A program made the translations under genes and the position numbers. From assembly GCF_988243305.1 (NCBI RefSeq), contig NZ_OZ547136.1: a stretch of 64,000 nt of DNA. One strand, 5' to 3'. The number at the start of each line of letters is the position of its first letter. Position 1 is the stretch's first letter. The notes below the pieces were generated by a model. It worked only from the letters and a program-made list of their open reading frames with translations. It was not told where the DNA came from and ran no database searches. Positions 52,662-63,534 of the stretch are shown piece after piece.

Positions 52662-53438
52662 ATGTTACGTTTCTCTGCTAATTTATCGATGTTATTTGGT
52701 GAATATGATTTTCTCGCCCGTTTTGAGAAAGCTGCGCAGTGTGGTTTTCGCGGCGTTGAATTTATGTTCCCTTATGACTATGACATTGAAGAATTAAAAC
52801 AGGTGCTGGCGAGTAATAAACTCGAACATACGTTGCACAATTTACCGGCAGGTGACTGGGCGGCGGGCGAGCGGGGTATTGCTTGTATTCCTGGTCGTGA
52901 AGAAGAGTTTCGGGATGGCGTAGCAGCAGCGATTCGTTATGCTCGTGCGCTGGGTAATAAAAAAATTAACTGTCTGGTCGGTAAAACGCCGGCTGGTTTC
53001 AGCAGTGAACAGATTCACACAACGCTTGTAGAAAACCTGCGTTATGCCGCGAATATGCTGATGAAAGAAGATATTTTATTACTGATTGAACCTATCAACC
53101 ATTTTGATATTCCTGGTTTCCATCTCACCGGAACTCGCCAGGCACTGAAACTGATTGACGATGTTGGTTGCTGCAATTTGAAAATTCAGTATGACATTTA
53201 TCACATGCAGCGGATGGAAGGTGAATTAACTAATACCATGACTCAGTGGGCCGATAAAATTGGTCACCTGCAAATTGCTGATAATCCGCATCGCGGCGAA
53301 CCGGGAACCGGAGAAATTAATTATGATTATCTCTTTACGGTAATCGAAAATTCTGACTACAACGGTTGGGTTGGGTGTGAATATAAACCCCAAACCACCA
53401 CGGAAGCCGGTTTACGCTGGATGGATCCGTACCGTTAA
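52662..53438 (+). CDS. hyi: Hydroxypyruvate isomerase
   Basis: 258-aa ORF, TIM-barrel sugar-phosphate isomerase-like; synteny after gcl. Confidence 0.92.
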   Translation: MLRFSANLSMLFGEYDFLARFEKAAQCGFRGVEFMFPYDYDIEELKQVLASNKLEHTLHNLPAGDWAAGERGIACIPGREEEFRDGVAAAIRYARALGNKKINCLVGKTPAGFSSEQIHTTLVENLRYAANMLMKEDILLLIEPINHFDIPGFHLTGTRQALKLIDDVGCCNLKIQYDIYHMQRMEGELTNTMTQWADKIGHLQIADNPHRGEPGTGEINYDYLFTVIENSDYNGWVGCEYKPQTTTEAGLRWMDPYR

Positions 53439-53537
53439 AACGTAACGCTATTCAGACAATGCTTTTTTAGGCCGCTAAGTTGGCAGGGGATCGTGTTGTC
53501 TGAATTCAGGAAAAGCGAAATTTAAAAGAGGTTAATT

Positions 53538-54416
53538 ATGAAACTGGGATTTATTGGCTTAGGCATTATGGGTACACCGATGGCCATTAATCTGGCGCGA
53601 GCCGGTCATCAACTGCATGTCACAACCATTGGTCCGGTTGCTGATGAATTACTGTCACTGGGTGCCGTCAGTGTTGAAACTGCGCGCCAGGTAACGGAAG
53701 CAGCGGACATCATTTTTATTATGGTGCCGGACACACCACAGGTTGAAGAAGTTCTGTTTGGTGAAAATGGTTGTACCAAAGCCTCGCTGAAGGGCAAAAC
53801 CATTGTTGATATGAGCTCCATTTCCCCGATTGAAACTAAGCGTTTCGCTCGTCAGGTGAATGAACTGGGCGGCGATTATCTCGATGCGCCAGTCTCCGGC
53901 GGTGAAATCGGTGCGCGTGAAGGGACGTTGTCGATTATGGTTGGCGGTGATGAAGCGGTATTTGAACGTGTTAAACCGCTGTTTGAACTGCTCGGTAAAA
54001 ATATCACCCTCGTCGGCGGTAACGGCGACGGTCAAACCTGCAAAGTGGCAAATCAGATTATTGTGGCGCTCAATATTGAAGCGGTTTCTGAAGCCCTGCT
54101 ATTTGCTTCAAAAGCCGGTGCGGACCCGGTACGTGTGCGCCAGGCGCTGATGGGCGGCTTTGCTTCCTCACGTATTCTGGAAGTTCATGGCGAGCGTATG
54201 ATTAAACGCACCTTTAATCCAGGTTTCAAAATTGCGCTGCACCAGAAAGATCTCAACCTGGCACTGCAAAGTGCGAAAGCACTGGCGCTGAACCTGCCAA
54301 ACACTGCGACCTGCCAGGAGTTATTTAATACCTGTGCGGCAAACGGTGGCAGCCAGTTGGATCACTCTGCGTTAGTGCAGGCGCTGGAATTAATGGCTAA
54401 CCATAAACTGGCCTGA
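53538..54416 (+). CDS. glxR: Tartronate semialdehyde reductase
   Basis: 292-aa ORF with N-terminal Rossmann motif GFIGLGIMG (3-hydroxyisobutyrate dehydrogenase family). Confidence 0.92.
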   Translation: MKLGFIGLGIMGTPMAINLARAGHQLHVTTIGPVADELLSLGAVSVETARQVTEAADIIFIMVPDTPQVEEVLFGENGCTKASLKGKTIVDMSSISPIETKRFARQVNELGGDYLDAPVSGGEIGAREGTLSIMVGGDEAVFERVKPLFELLGKNITLVGGNGDGQTCKVANQIIVALNIEAVSEALLFASKAGADPVRVRQALMGGFASSRILEVHGERMIKRTFNPGFKIALHQKDLNLALQSAKALALNLPNTATCQELFNTCAANGGSQLDHSALVQALELMANHKLA

Positions 54417-54585
54417 TACCCGCAATAAAAATGGCCGATATCAGAAAATGAATCGGCCAGCAATATTAAAAAAAGAAAGCAGCCAAAGATGTTGCTTCAG
54501 TATTAAAAATAATATTTTTATTTTATTTGTTCCTCATAGCTAGATTAAAACAACGTTATTCGATACGTGAAATTAAGAGGGATTT

Positions 54586-56040
54586 ATGGAACATCAGAGA
54601 AAACTATTCCAGCAACGCGGCTATAGCGAAGATCTATTGCCGAAAACGCAAAGCCAGCGGACCTGGAAAACATTTAACTATTTTACCTTATGGATGGGTT
54701 CGGTTCATAACGTTCCCAATTATGTGATGGTCGGCGGCTTTTTTATTCTCGGCTTGTCTACCTTTAGTATTATGCTGGCAATTATCCTCAGCGCCTTTTT
54801 CATTGCCGCGGTAATGGTATTAAACGGCGCTGCGGGCAGTAAATACGGCGTACCGTTTGCCATGATCCTGCGTGCTTCTTACGGCGTACGTGGCGCACTG
54901 TTTCCCGGATTATTAAGAGGCGGTATTGCTGCCATTATGTGGTTTGGCCTGCAATGTTACGCGGGGTCACTGGCCTGCTTGATTCTGATTGGCAAAATCT
55001 GGCCGGGATTTTTAACTCTCGGTGGTGATTTTACCCTGTTAGGGCTTTCTCTACCGGGCTTAATTACTTTCTTACTCTTCTGGCTGGTTAACGTTGGTAT
55101 TGGTTTTGGCGGCGGCAAAGTTTTAAATAAATTCACTGCCATTCTTAACCCGTGCATCTATATCGTTTTCGGCGGTATGGCGATTTGGGCGATTTCGCTG
55201 GTCGGGATCGGTCCAATCTTTGACTACATCCCGAGCGGTATTCAGAAAGCAGAAAACGGTGGCTTCCTGTTCCTGGTGGTGATTAACGCAGTGGTTGCGG
55301 TCTGGGCAGCACCGGCGGTTAGCGCATCCGACTTTACGCAAAATGCTCACTCGTTTCGTGAGCAGGCACTTGGGCAAACGCTGGGTTTGGTCGTAGCTTA
55401 TATTCTGTTTGCGGTCGCCGGGGTATGTATTATTGCCGGAGCCAGTATTCACTACGGCGCTGATACCTGGAACGTGCTGGATATTGTTCAGCGTTGGGAC
55501 AGCCTGTTTGCCTCGTTCTTTGCGGTACTGGTTATTCTGATGACGACCATTTCCACTAACGCCACCGGTAATATTATTCCGGCTGGTTATCAGATTGCCG
55601 CCATTGCACCGACAAAACTGACCTATAAAAACGGCGTACTGATTGCCAGTATTATCAGTTTGCTGATCTGCCCGTGGAAATTAATGGAAAATCAGGACAG
55701 TATTTATCTGTTCCTCGATATCATCGGTGGGATGCTGGGTCCGGTAATTGGTGTCATGATGGCGCATTATTTTGTGGTGATGCGTGGACAAATTAATCTT
55801 GACGAACTGTATACCGCAGCAGGTGATTTCAAATATTACGATAACGGCTTTAACCTCACCGCGTTTTCAGTAACTCTGGTGGCCGTTATTTTATCTCTCG
55901 GTGGTAAATTTATTCCGTTCATGGAGCCTTTATCACGCGTTTCATGGTTTGTCGGCGTTATTGTCGCATTCGCTGCCTACGCGTTATTAAAAAAACGTAC
56001 AGCAGCAGAAAAAACAGGAGAACAAAAAGTCACAGGTTAA
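54586..56040 (+). CDS. ybbW: Allantoin permease (NCS1 family)
   Basis: 484-aa polytopic membrane protein; synteny between glxR and allB. Confidence 0.9.
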   Translation: MEHQRKLFQQRGYSEDLLPKTQSQRTWKTFNYFTLWMGSVHNVPNYVMVGGFFILGLSTFSIMLAIILSAFFIAAVMVLNGAAGSKYGVPFAMILRASYGVRGALFPGLLRGGIAAIMWFGLQCYAGSLACLILIGKIWPGFLTLGGDFTLLGLSLPGLITFLLFWLVNVGIGFGGGKVLNKFTAILNPCIYIVFGGMAIWAISLVGIGPIFDYIPSGIQKAENGGFLFLVVINAVVAVWAAPAVSASDFTQNAHSFREQALGQTLGLVVAYILFAVAGVCIIAGASIHYGADTWNVLDIVQRWDSLFASFFAVLVILMTTISTNATGNIIPAGYQIAAIAPTKLTYKNGVLIASIISLLICPWKLMENQDSIYLFLDIIGGMLGPVIGVMMAHYFVVMRGQINLDELYTAAGDFKYYDNGFNLTAFSVTLVAVILSLGGKFIPFMEPLSRVSWFVGVIVAFAAYALLKKRTAAEKTGEQKVTG

Positions 56041-56099
56041 TTAATCCCGATATTGAACATTGAGTTAAAAACCAATCTGTATTTTACAAGGAGTTTGTT

Positions 56100-57461
56100 A
56101 TGTCTTTTGATTTAATCATTAAAAACGGCACCGTTATTTTAGAAAACGAAGCTCGCGTTGTAGATATCGCCGTTAAAGGCGGAAAAATTGCTGCTATCGG
56201 TCAGGATCTGGGTGATGCAAAAGAAGTTATGGATGCGTCTGGTCTGGTGGTTTCGCCGGGCATGGTTGATGCGCACACCCATATTTCTGAACCGGGTCGT
56301 AGCCACTGGGAAGGTTATGAAACCGGTACTCGCGCAGCGGCAAAAGGTGGTATCACCACCATGATCGAAATGCCGCTCAACCAGCTGCCTGCAACGGTTG
56401 ACCGCGCTTCAATTGAACTGAAGTTCGATGCCGCTAAAGGCAAGCTGACTATCGATGCGGCACAACTCGGTGGCCTGGTGTCTTACAACATCGACCGTCT
56501 GCATGAGCTGGATGAAGTGGGCGTTGTCGGCTTCAAATGCTTCGTTGCGACCTGTGGCGATCGCGGTATCGACAACGACTTCCGTGATGTAAACGACTGG
56601 CAGTTCTTCAAAGGTGCGCAGAAGCTGGGCGAACTGGGTCAGCCGGTGCTGGTGCACTGCGAAAACGCGCTGATCTGTGACGAACTGGGCGAAGAAGCGA
56701 AGCGTGAAGGTCGCGTAACCGCACATGACTATGTGGCTTCGCGTCCGGTATTTACCGAAGTGGAAGCGATTCGCCGCGTGCTGTACCTGGCGAAAGTTGC
56801 TGGTTGCCGTCTGCACGTTTGCCATATCAGCAGCCCGGAAGGTGTTGAGGAAGTGACTCGTGCACGTCAGGAAGGCCAGGATGTTACCTGTGAATCCTGC
56901 CCGCATTACTTTGTACTGGATACCGATCAGTTCGAAGAAATCGGTACTCTGGCGAAGTGTTCACCGCCGATCCGCGATCTGGAAAACCAGAAAGGCATGT
57001 GGGAAAAACTGTTTAACGGTGAAATCGACTGCCTGGTTTCCGACCACTCTCCATGCCCGCCGGAAATGAAAGCCGGTAACATCATGAAAGCATGGGGCGG
57101 TATCGCCGGTCTGCAAAGCTGCATGGACGTGATGTTCGATGAAGCGGTACAGAAACGCGGAATGTCTCTGCCAATGTTCGGCAAATTAATGGCGACTAAC
57201 GCAGCAGATATTTTCGGTCTGCAGCAAAAAGGCCGTATCGCCCCAGGAAAAGATGCCGACTTCGTCTTCATTCAGCCGAATAGCAGCTATGTTCTTACCA
57301 ATGACGATCTGGAATATCGCCACAAAGTCAGCCCGTATGTTGGCCGTACCATTGGCGCGCGTATCACGAAAACCATCTTACGTGGTGATGTGATTTACGA
57401 CATTGAACAGGGCTTCCCTGTTGCGCCGAAAGGTCAATTTATCCTTAAACATCAGCAGTAA
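56100..57461 (+). CDS. allB: Allantoinase (cyclic amidohydrolase)
   Basis: 453-aa ORF with metal-binding HxH motif near the N-terminus ([11 protein letters not shown]). Confidence 0.93.
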   Translation: MSFDLIIKNGTVILENEARVVDIAVKGGKIAAIGQDLGDAKEVMDASGLVVSPGMVDAHTHISEPGRSHWEGYETGTRAAAKGGITTMIEMPLNQLPATVDRASIELKFDAAKGKLTIDAAQLGGLVSYNIDRLHELDEVGVVGFKCFVATCGDRGIDNDFRDVNDWQFFKGAQKLGELGQPVLVHCENALICDELGEEAKREGRVTAHDYVASRPVFTEVEAIRRVLYLAKVAGCRLHVCHISSPEGVEEVTRARQEGQDVTCESCPHYFVLDTDQFEEIGTLAKCSPPIRDLENQKGMWEKLFNGEIDCLVSDHSPCPPEMKAGNIMKAWGGIAGLQSCMDVMFDEAVQKRGMSLPMFGKLMATNAADIFGLQQKGRIAPGKDADFVFIQPNSSYVLTNDDLEYRHKVSPYVGRTIGARITKTILRGDVIYDIEQGFPVAPKGQFILKHQQ

Positions 57462-57517
57462 TCTGGCCCCTGCAATGCCCGTCCTTGCGGCGGGCATTCT
57501 CCGGTTAAGGTGTGTTT

Positions 57518-58819
57518 ATGTTCAATTTTGCAGTCAGCCGCGAAAGCCTGTTATCAGGATTTCAGTGGTTTTTCTTTATTTTTTGCAACACGGTTGTGGT
57601 TCCTCCTACGCTACTTTCTGCTTTTCAGTTGCCGCAAAGTAGCCTGCTTACGCTCACGCAATATGCTTTTCTTGCTACTGCACTGGCCTGCTTCGCTCAG
57701 GCGTTCTGCGGTCATCGTCGCGCTATTATGGAAGGGCCGGGTGGCCTGTGGTGGGGAACCATCCTTACTATCACCCTTGGCGAAGCATCGCGCGGGACAC
57801 CGATCAACGATATCGCTACCAGCCTGGCGGTGGGAATTGCGCTCTCTGGCGTGCTGACGATGTTGATTGGTTTTAGCGGATTAGGTCATCGTCTGGCGCG
57901 GTTATTTACGCCGTCGGTGATGGTCTTGTTTATGTTGATGCTGGGCGCGCAGCTGACCACTATCTTTTTCAAAGGTATGCTCGGGCTGCCGTTTGGCATA
58001 GCCGACCCGAATTTTAAAATTCAGTTACCGCCGTTCGCGCTTTCGGTCGCGGTGATGTGTCTGGTACTGGCGATGATTATCTTTCTGCCGCAACGTTTTG
58101 CCCGTTATGGCCTGCTGGTCGGTACGATAACCGGCTGGTTGTTGTGGTACTTTTGCTTTCCTTCTTCGCATTCGCTCTCCGGTGAGTTGCACTGGCAGTG
58201 GTTCCCGCTCGGCAGTGGCGGTGCTTTGTCGCCGGGGATTATTCTGACGGCGGTGATTACAGGTCTGGTTAATATCAGCAATACCTACGGTGCGATTCGG
58301 GGCACGGATGTTTTTTATCCGCAGCAGGGCGCGGGGAATACGCGTTATCGTCGTAGCTTTGTGGCGACCGGATTTATGACGCTGATAACCGTACCGCTGG
58401 CGGTAATTCCATTTTCACCGTTTGTTTCATCCATTGGTTTATTAACCCAGACTGGCGATTACACGCGGCGTTCGTTTATTTATGGCAGCGTTATTTGCCT
58501 GCTGGTGGCGCTGGTTCCGGCACTCACGCGTCTGTTTTGCAGTATCCCCTTACCAGTGAGTAGCGCGGTCATGCTGGTTTCTTATCTGCCTTTACTCTTT
58601 TCGGCGCTGGTGTTTAGCCAGCAAATAACCTTTACCGCTCGCAATATTTATCGACTCGCATTGCCGTTATTTGTCGGCATATTTTTAATGGCATTACCGC
58701 CTGTGTATCTGCAAGACCTTCCATTAACGCTGCGTCCTCTGCTCAGTAACGGCTTACTGGTCGGGATTTTACTGGCTGTTCTTATGGATAATCTTATTCC
58801 GTGGGAACGCATCGAATAA
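57518..58819 (+). CDS. ybbY: Purine/nucleobase permease-family membrane protein YbbY
   Basis: Track ORF 57512..58819 (GTG) trimmed to ATG at 57518 (MFNFAVSRESLL..., 433 aa); polytopic membrane protein. Confidence 0.88.
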   Translation: MFNFAVSRESLLSGFQWFFFIFCNTVVVPPTLLSAFQLPQSSLLTLTQYAFLATALACFAQAFCGHRRAIMEGPGGLWWGTILTITLGEASRGTPINDIATSLAVGIALSGVLTMLIGFSGLGHRLARLFTPSVMVLFMLMLGAQLTTIFFKGMLGLPFGIADPNFKIQLPPFALSVAVMCLVLAMIIFLPQRFARYGLLVGTITGWLLWYFCFPSSHSLSGELHWQWFPLGSGGALSPGIILTAVITGLVNISNTYGAIRGTDVFYPQQGAGNTRYRRSFVATGFMTLITVPLAVIPFSPFVSSIGLLTQTGDYTRRSFIYGSVICLLVALVPALTRLFCSIPLPVSSAVMLVSYLPLLFSALVFSQQITFTARNIYRLALPLFVGIFLMALPPVYLQDLPLTLRPLLSNGLLVGILLAVLMDNLIPWERIE

Positions 58820-58840
58820 TTTGTTGAAAAAGGATTGATA

Positions 58841-59986
58841 ATGAAGATTGTCATTGCGCCAGACTCGTTTAAAGAGAGCTTAAGTGCAGAAAAATGTTGT
58901 CAGGCAATTAAAGCCGGGTTTTCGACCCTCTTTCCCGATGCGCACTATATCTGTTTGCCGATAGCGGATGGCGGCGAAGGGACGGTGGATGCGATGGTCG
59001 CCGCGACGGGCGGCAACATCGTGACGCTTGAAGTCTGCGGGCCGATGGGCGAAACAGTGAATGCTTTTTATGGCCTTACCGGCGACGGGAAAACAGCGGT
59101 GATTGAGATGGCTGCGGCAAGCGGCCTGATGCTGGTCGCGCCTGAAAAGCGTAATCCGTTGCTGGCCTCCAGTTTTGGTACGGGGGAGTTAATTCGTCAT
59201 GCGCTGGATAACGGTATTCGCCATATTATTCTCGGCATTGGCGGCAGTGCGACGGTCGACGGCGGTATGGGCATGGCGCAGGCGCTTGGTGTGCGTTTCC
59301 TTGATGCCGACGGCCAGGTGCTGGCGGCTAACGGCGGCAATTTAGCGTGCGTGGCAAGCATTGAGATGGAGGAATGCGATCCGCGTCTGGCGAACTGCCA
59401 TATTGAAGTAGCATGTGACGTTGATAACCCGCTGGTAGGGGCACGCGGCGCGGCGGCGGTGTTTGGCCCGCAAAAAGGGGCAACACCGGAAATGGTCGAA
59501 GAGCTGGAACAGGGGCTGCAAAATTACGCCCGTGTTTTACAACAGCAAACTGAAATTAATGTCTGCCAGATGGCGGGCGGCGGCGCGGCGGGCGGGATGG
59601 GTATTGCGGCGGCGGTATTCCTCAATGCGGATATTAAACCGGGTATTGAGATTGTACTGCGGGCGGTCAACCTGGAGCAGGCGGTGCAGGGCGCAGCGCT
59701 GGTGATCACCGGGGAAGGGCGCATCGACTCGCAAACGGCAGGTGGTAAAGCGCCGCTGGGCGTGGCGTCGGTGGCGAAGCAGTTTAATGTCCCGGTGATT
59801 GGGATTGCTGGCGTATTGGGTGATGGCGTGGAAGTGGTGCACCAGTACGGCATTGACGCGGTGTTCAGCATTTTGCCACGTCTGGCACCTTTAGCCGAAG
59901 TGCTCGCCAGCGGTGAAACCAATCTCTTCAACAGCGCACGAAATATTGCCTGCGCCATTAAAATAGGTCAGGGAATTAAAAACTGA
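58841..59986 (+). CDS. glxK: Glycerate kinase
   Basis: Track ORF trimmed to [16 protein letters not shown]... (381 aa), glycerate kinase family. Confidence 0.92.
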   Translation: MKIVIAPDSFKESLSAEKCCQAIKAGFSTLFPDAHYICLPIADGGEGTVDAMVAATGGNIVTLEVCGPMGETVNAFYGLTGDGKTAVIEMAAASGLMLVAPEKRNPLLASSFGTGELIRHALDNGIRHIILGIGGSATVDGGMGMAQALGVRFLDADGQVLAANGGNLACVASIEMEECDPRLANCHIEVACDVDNPLVGARGAAAVFGPQKGATPEMVEELEQGLQNYARVLQQQTEINVCQMAGGGAAGGMGIAAAVFLNADIKPGIEIVLRAVNLEQAVQGAALVITGEGRIDSQTAGGKAPLGVASVAKQFNVPVIGIAGVLGDGVEVVHQYGIDAVFSILPRLAPLAEVLASGETNLFNSARNIACAIKIGQGIKN

Positions 59987-60001
59987 CTCTTGCCATTAGA
60001 G

Positions 60002-60031
60002 CGGATGCATTTTATCCCGCATCCGTTTTTT
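60002..60031 (+). terminator. Rho-independent terminator after glxK
   Basis: Stem cggatgc / gcatccg with a 10-nt loop followed by TTTTTT, about 15 nt after the glxK stop. Coordinates approximate. Confidence 0.65.
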
Positions 60032-60044
60032 ACCTGAATTTACC

Positions 60045-60073
60045 GCAAAAAAAGCCACGGTATAAACCGTGGC
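60045..60073 (-). terminator. Rho-independent terminator after allE (minus strand)
   Basis: Stem gccacgg / ccgtggc with a 6-nt loop; on the minus strand it is followed by a T7 run (plus-strand A-run); about 45 nt downstream of the allE stop. Coordinates approximate. Confidence 0.6.
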
Positions 60074-60115
60074 AAAATCCAACATAGCTAAAAATAATCA
60101 GGCGAGTGGTATGAC

Positions 60116-60901
60116 TTAAATCTCTACGTCGCGGTTGCAATCTTTTGAGTAAATATAACTAAACGCTTCACCACGCCCTACGCCATAACCGGCCTGTAAG
60201 GAATAAGCGCCCATAAAGATGTAATCGCCTTTTTTCACCGGGATCCAGTTATTGTCGAGGTTATAAACCCCCTGACCGGAAAGAATATAGGCACCGTGTT
60301 CCTGGACGTGAGTTTCGATATAACCGTGGCTGGCACCTGGCGCAAAAGAGAGGATATGCATGTTCATATCAAAACCTAACTCTTTGGGCAGAAAATCCAG
60401 CAGAATAACATCGTCCATGCCTTCATAATGAATGCGTTCGAGTTCGCTGGCATTGCCAGAAACCAGCCACGGCGCATGACCTTCTACCGGAACATAGCGA
60501 CGCTTATATAAAAAGATTTGGCTGTCTTCGGCCTGGGCGTTAACAAACGTCATTAAGGAGCCTGGTGGGCAATAAAGATAGCCACCTTCGCTTAAGGCAA
60601 ATGTTTTACCTTCGGCTTTGGCAGTGATATTTCCAGAGATCACATACAGGAACGTTTCAATGCCTTCGCCCCCGAAGCCCTGTTGGTTGCCACCGTTTTG
60701 ATGCAGTGTGACCAGATAATCAACAAAAGAGGCACCCAGCTTTGGCGTGGAGAGGATTGTCGCGTCACAATTTTCAAAGCCCGGAATAATATTTTTTACC
60801 AGACCGTCCGGGGTTAGCAGCGCGAAATTACCGTGTTTCACAATCGCACGGTTAGCCAGTAAATCATCGCGGTAACCGGTGACGTTATTTAAATATCCCA
60901 T
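60116..60901 (-). CDS. allE: (S)-ureidoglycine aminohydrolase (cupin)
   Basis: 261-aa bicupin ORF; matches K-12 AllE/YlbA length and position. Confidence 0.9.
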   Translation of the reverse strand: MGYLNNVTGYRDDLLANRAIVKHGNFALLTPDGLVKNIIPGFENCDATILSTPKLGASFVDYLVTLHQNGGNQQGFGGEGIETFLYVISGNITAKAEGKTFALSEGGYLYCPPGSLMTFVNAQAEDSQIFLYKRRYVPVEGHAPWLVSGNASELERIHYEGMDDVILLDFLPKELGFDMNMHILSFAPGASHGYIETHVQEHGAYILSGQGVYNLDNNWIPVKKGDYIFMGAYSLQAGYGVGRGEAFSYIYSKDCNRDVEI

Positions 60902-60911
60902 TTATAACTCC

Positions 60912-62147
60912 TTATTTCTGCCAGGCAAGTTGATAAAGCATGAGTGCCAACGTTTTGACCCCTTCGGCAAGGTCGGTAATATTGGTGCGTTCCGCCGGGT
61001 TATGACTGATCCCGTTGATGCTGGGAATGAAAATCATGCAGGTTGGTACGCGAGGCGCGAAAATTTGCGCGTCGTGCCCGGCACCACTGTGCATCACCCG
61101 GTAATTCAGTTTTTCGCTTTCACACATTTCTGTCAGGGTGGCGACCAGTTCCTTGTTCATCGGCACGGGTTCTTCGTCCATCCATAAATCGATATCAATA
61201 CCAATGTCCATTTCATCGCAAATCGCCCGCATGTCGTTTTCTAACTGTTGGGTGAAATCGCGCAGCACGGCAGCATCGGTATGACGACAATCAATGGTGA
61301 ACGTGGTTTTACCCGGCACCACATTCACCGTATTCGGGCGCGGCTCCACCTTGCCAAAGGTCAGCACCAGCGGGTCGCCCATCTTTTTCGCTTTTTCGAT
61401 CGACTGATGGCAAATGCGACTGAAAGCGTAAACCGTATCACGACGATAACCCATCGGCGTGGTGCCTGCATGGTTTGATTCGCCGTTCAGCGTCACCGTA
61501 TAGCGACGTTGCCCGACAATTGCATTCACCACGCCAATTGACTGCCCATTACTTTCCAGCACACAGCCCTGTTCAATATGCAGTTCAACAAAGGCTTTAA
61601 TATCCTGACGCGGAGTTAGTGGGGCGTTCGGCAGAGTAAATCCGCAAGCCTTCATCGCATCGACAAAACTATTTCCTTTGGCATCACAGATATTCCGCAC
61701 GTCGTCAGGATTCGCCAGCCCAAAGATATTTTTACTGCCCCAGAAGACATACGGGAAGCGACTGCCTTCTTCTTCTGCCATCGCCACCACTTCGACCGTA
61801 CGTAACGGCGCGCCGTATTGCGTTTTCAACCAGTCAATTGCCAGCCACGCCGCCAGCGCGCCGAATTGCCCGTCGAGGTTACCGCCGTTAACCACGGTAT
61901 CGATATGCGAACCGCTCAGAACCACTTCCTGTGGATATTCGGTCCCACTCAGGCGACCGTATAAATTGCCCACTTCATCGAAACGTGTTTCCAACCCGCT
62001 TGCTGCCATTCTTTTTTTAAATTGCTGCTGGGTTTCCAGCCATTCCGGCGAATAAAGTAAACGGGTCATACCACCCGTTGGGTCAGCGCCAAAAGAGGAA
62101 AGCCAGGGCAGCGTTTCTTCTATGGCTTGACGAAAATGTGTAATCAT
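60912..62147 (-). CDS. allC: Allantoate amidohydrolase (M20 peptidase family)
   Basis: Track ORF 60912..62165 trimmed to MITHFRQAIEETLPWL... (411 aa). Confidence 0.9.
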   Translation of the reverse strand: MITHFRQAIEETLPWLSSFGADPTGGMTRLLYSPEWLETQQQFKKRMAASGLETRFDEVGNLYGRLSGTEYPQEVVLSGSHIDTVVNGGNLDGQFGALAAWLAIDWLKTQYGAPLRTVEVVAMAEEEGSRFPYVFWGSKNIFGLANPDDVRNICDAKGNSFVDAMKACGFTLPNAPLTPRQDIKAFVELHIEQGCVLESNGQSIGVVNAIVGQRRYTVTLNGESNHAGTTPMGYRRDTVYAFSRICHQSIEKAKKMGDPLVLTFGKVEPRPNTVNVVPGKTTFTIDCRHTDAAVLRDFTQQLENDMRAICDEMDIGIDIDLWMDEEPVPMNKELVATLTEMCESEKLNYRVMHSGAGHDAQIFAPRVPTCMIFIPSINGISHNPAERTNITDLAEGVKTLALMLYQLAWQK

Positions 62148-62168
62148 AAGAAAGTCCTGTCTCAATAA

Positions 62169-63218
62169 TTATTGCGCAAAGGGATTTTTCGTTTCGTATG
62201 ACGTGTTATAAAGCGCGTCGGAAATTAAATACTGGTAAATATCATCAACAATTTCGATGCCTTCGACGGCGGCTTTGCGTTGTTTAATATCCTGATCCTG
62301 TCCGGGATAATAAACCTGGTTAAAACCGGGCGCGGGGGTTATGGCATTTAATTCGCGCATGGTCTGGCTAAGATGTTGACGGAATAGTTCGCTGGAGGAG
62401 AAAAAGTTCGGGTTAATAACGATATGTAATTGCCCCAAATTACGCCCGGCGTGTAAATCGTCATACATCGAACTAACCTGTCGCCCGAACGGTAAGCCGA
62501 GTAAGACGCCTGAGAGGACGTCAATCATCATCATCAGGCCATACCCTTTCGGTCCGGCGGCAGGGAGCAGGGCGTTAACTGCAAATGGATCGGTTGTTGG
62601 TGCTCCGTTTTTATCGACCGCCCAGGTATCCGGGATAGACATATTACGCGAGCGGGCGTCGAGCACTTTTCCCCATGCCTGTACGGTAGTCGCCATATCA
62701 AAGGTAAGGATCTCGTCGCCTTCTCCCGGCGCGGCAAAGGCCAGTGGGTTAGTACCGTAGTAAATTTCCGCGCCGCCAAACGGCACCACCATTGGATCGG
62801 ACTGGCACATCGAAATGCCAATTAATCCGGCGCGGGCTGCCTGCTGCACAAAATAAGAGATTGCGCCGCTGTGACCCATCCGGCTGATACCGACCACCGC
62901 AACGCCATTTTGCTGGGCGGTTTTGATGGCATGTTCCATACCCATTTTCGCCGCGACCTGTCCGGCAGCATTGTCGGCATGTAAAATTGCCGAACACGGC
63001 CCGGTTTCTTCAAGACGAAATTCCGGTTCACGGTTGGTGCCGCCTTTTGAAATGCGTTCCGCGTAGTATTCCACGCGCACCGCGCCATGAGAGTGGATCC
63101 CTCTGGCATCGGCGTAAACCAATACTTCAGCCACGGTTGCAGCGTGCTCACGTTTTAACCCAGCCTGGCAGAGTTTATTCTCGATTAGCTGGTGGAGTGT
63201 TTCCCGACTGATTTTCAT
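62169..63218 (-). CDS. allD: Ureidoglycolate dehydrogenase
   Basis: 349-aa ORF, malate/L-lactate dehydrogenase (Ldh_2) family; synteny with allC. Confidence 0.9.
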   Translation of the reverse strand: MKISRETLHQLIENKLCQAGLKREHAATVAEVLVYADARGIHSHGAVRVEYYAERISKGGTNREPEFRLEETGPCSAILHADNAAGQVAAKMGMEHAIKTAQQNGVAVVGISRMGHSGAISYFVQQAARAGLIGISMCQSDPMVVPFGGAEIYYGTNPLAFAAPGEGDEILTFDMATTVQAWGKVLDARSRNMSIPDTWAVDKNGAPTTDPFAVNALLPAAGPKGYGLMMMIDVLSGVLLGLPFGRQVSSMYDDLHAGRNLGQLHIVINPNFFSSSELFRQHLSQTMRELNAITPAPGFNQVYYPGQDQDIKQRKAAVEGIEIVDDIYQYLISDALYNTSYETKNPFAQ

Positions 63219-63534
63219 CTGTCTTCCTTTTTAACGACGGTGTGAAGCATGACTGCTATTAACATACAGGGAAAATATCTGGATTATGTGATCCAGACAG
63301 GCAAAAAAATATAGTTAGAATTTATTTGATAATCCGCTCGCTTTTAACCTGGTTTTTAAAACAACCACGCTTATTAAAAAATAACACGTAATAGCATGGC
63401 GGTTATTTGAATTCTTTTGTTAATAATCCCTGTGTGATATTCATCACCTTATTTTCCCGTTCTCATCGATACCGTAATCGCCACATTAACACTGCTCGTG
63501 CAATTGCCATGGGTGCAATTTTTAAGGAGTTGTT

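Noticed and set aside
54417..54585. Inverted repeat (ggccgat ... atcggcc) in the glxR-ybbW intergenic region as a terminator or regulatory site.
   Set aside because: The stem is short and not followed by a T-tract; the region is AT-rich and more likely just holds the ybbW promoter. Not enough support to call a feature.
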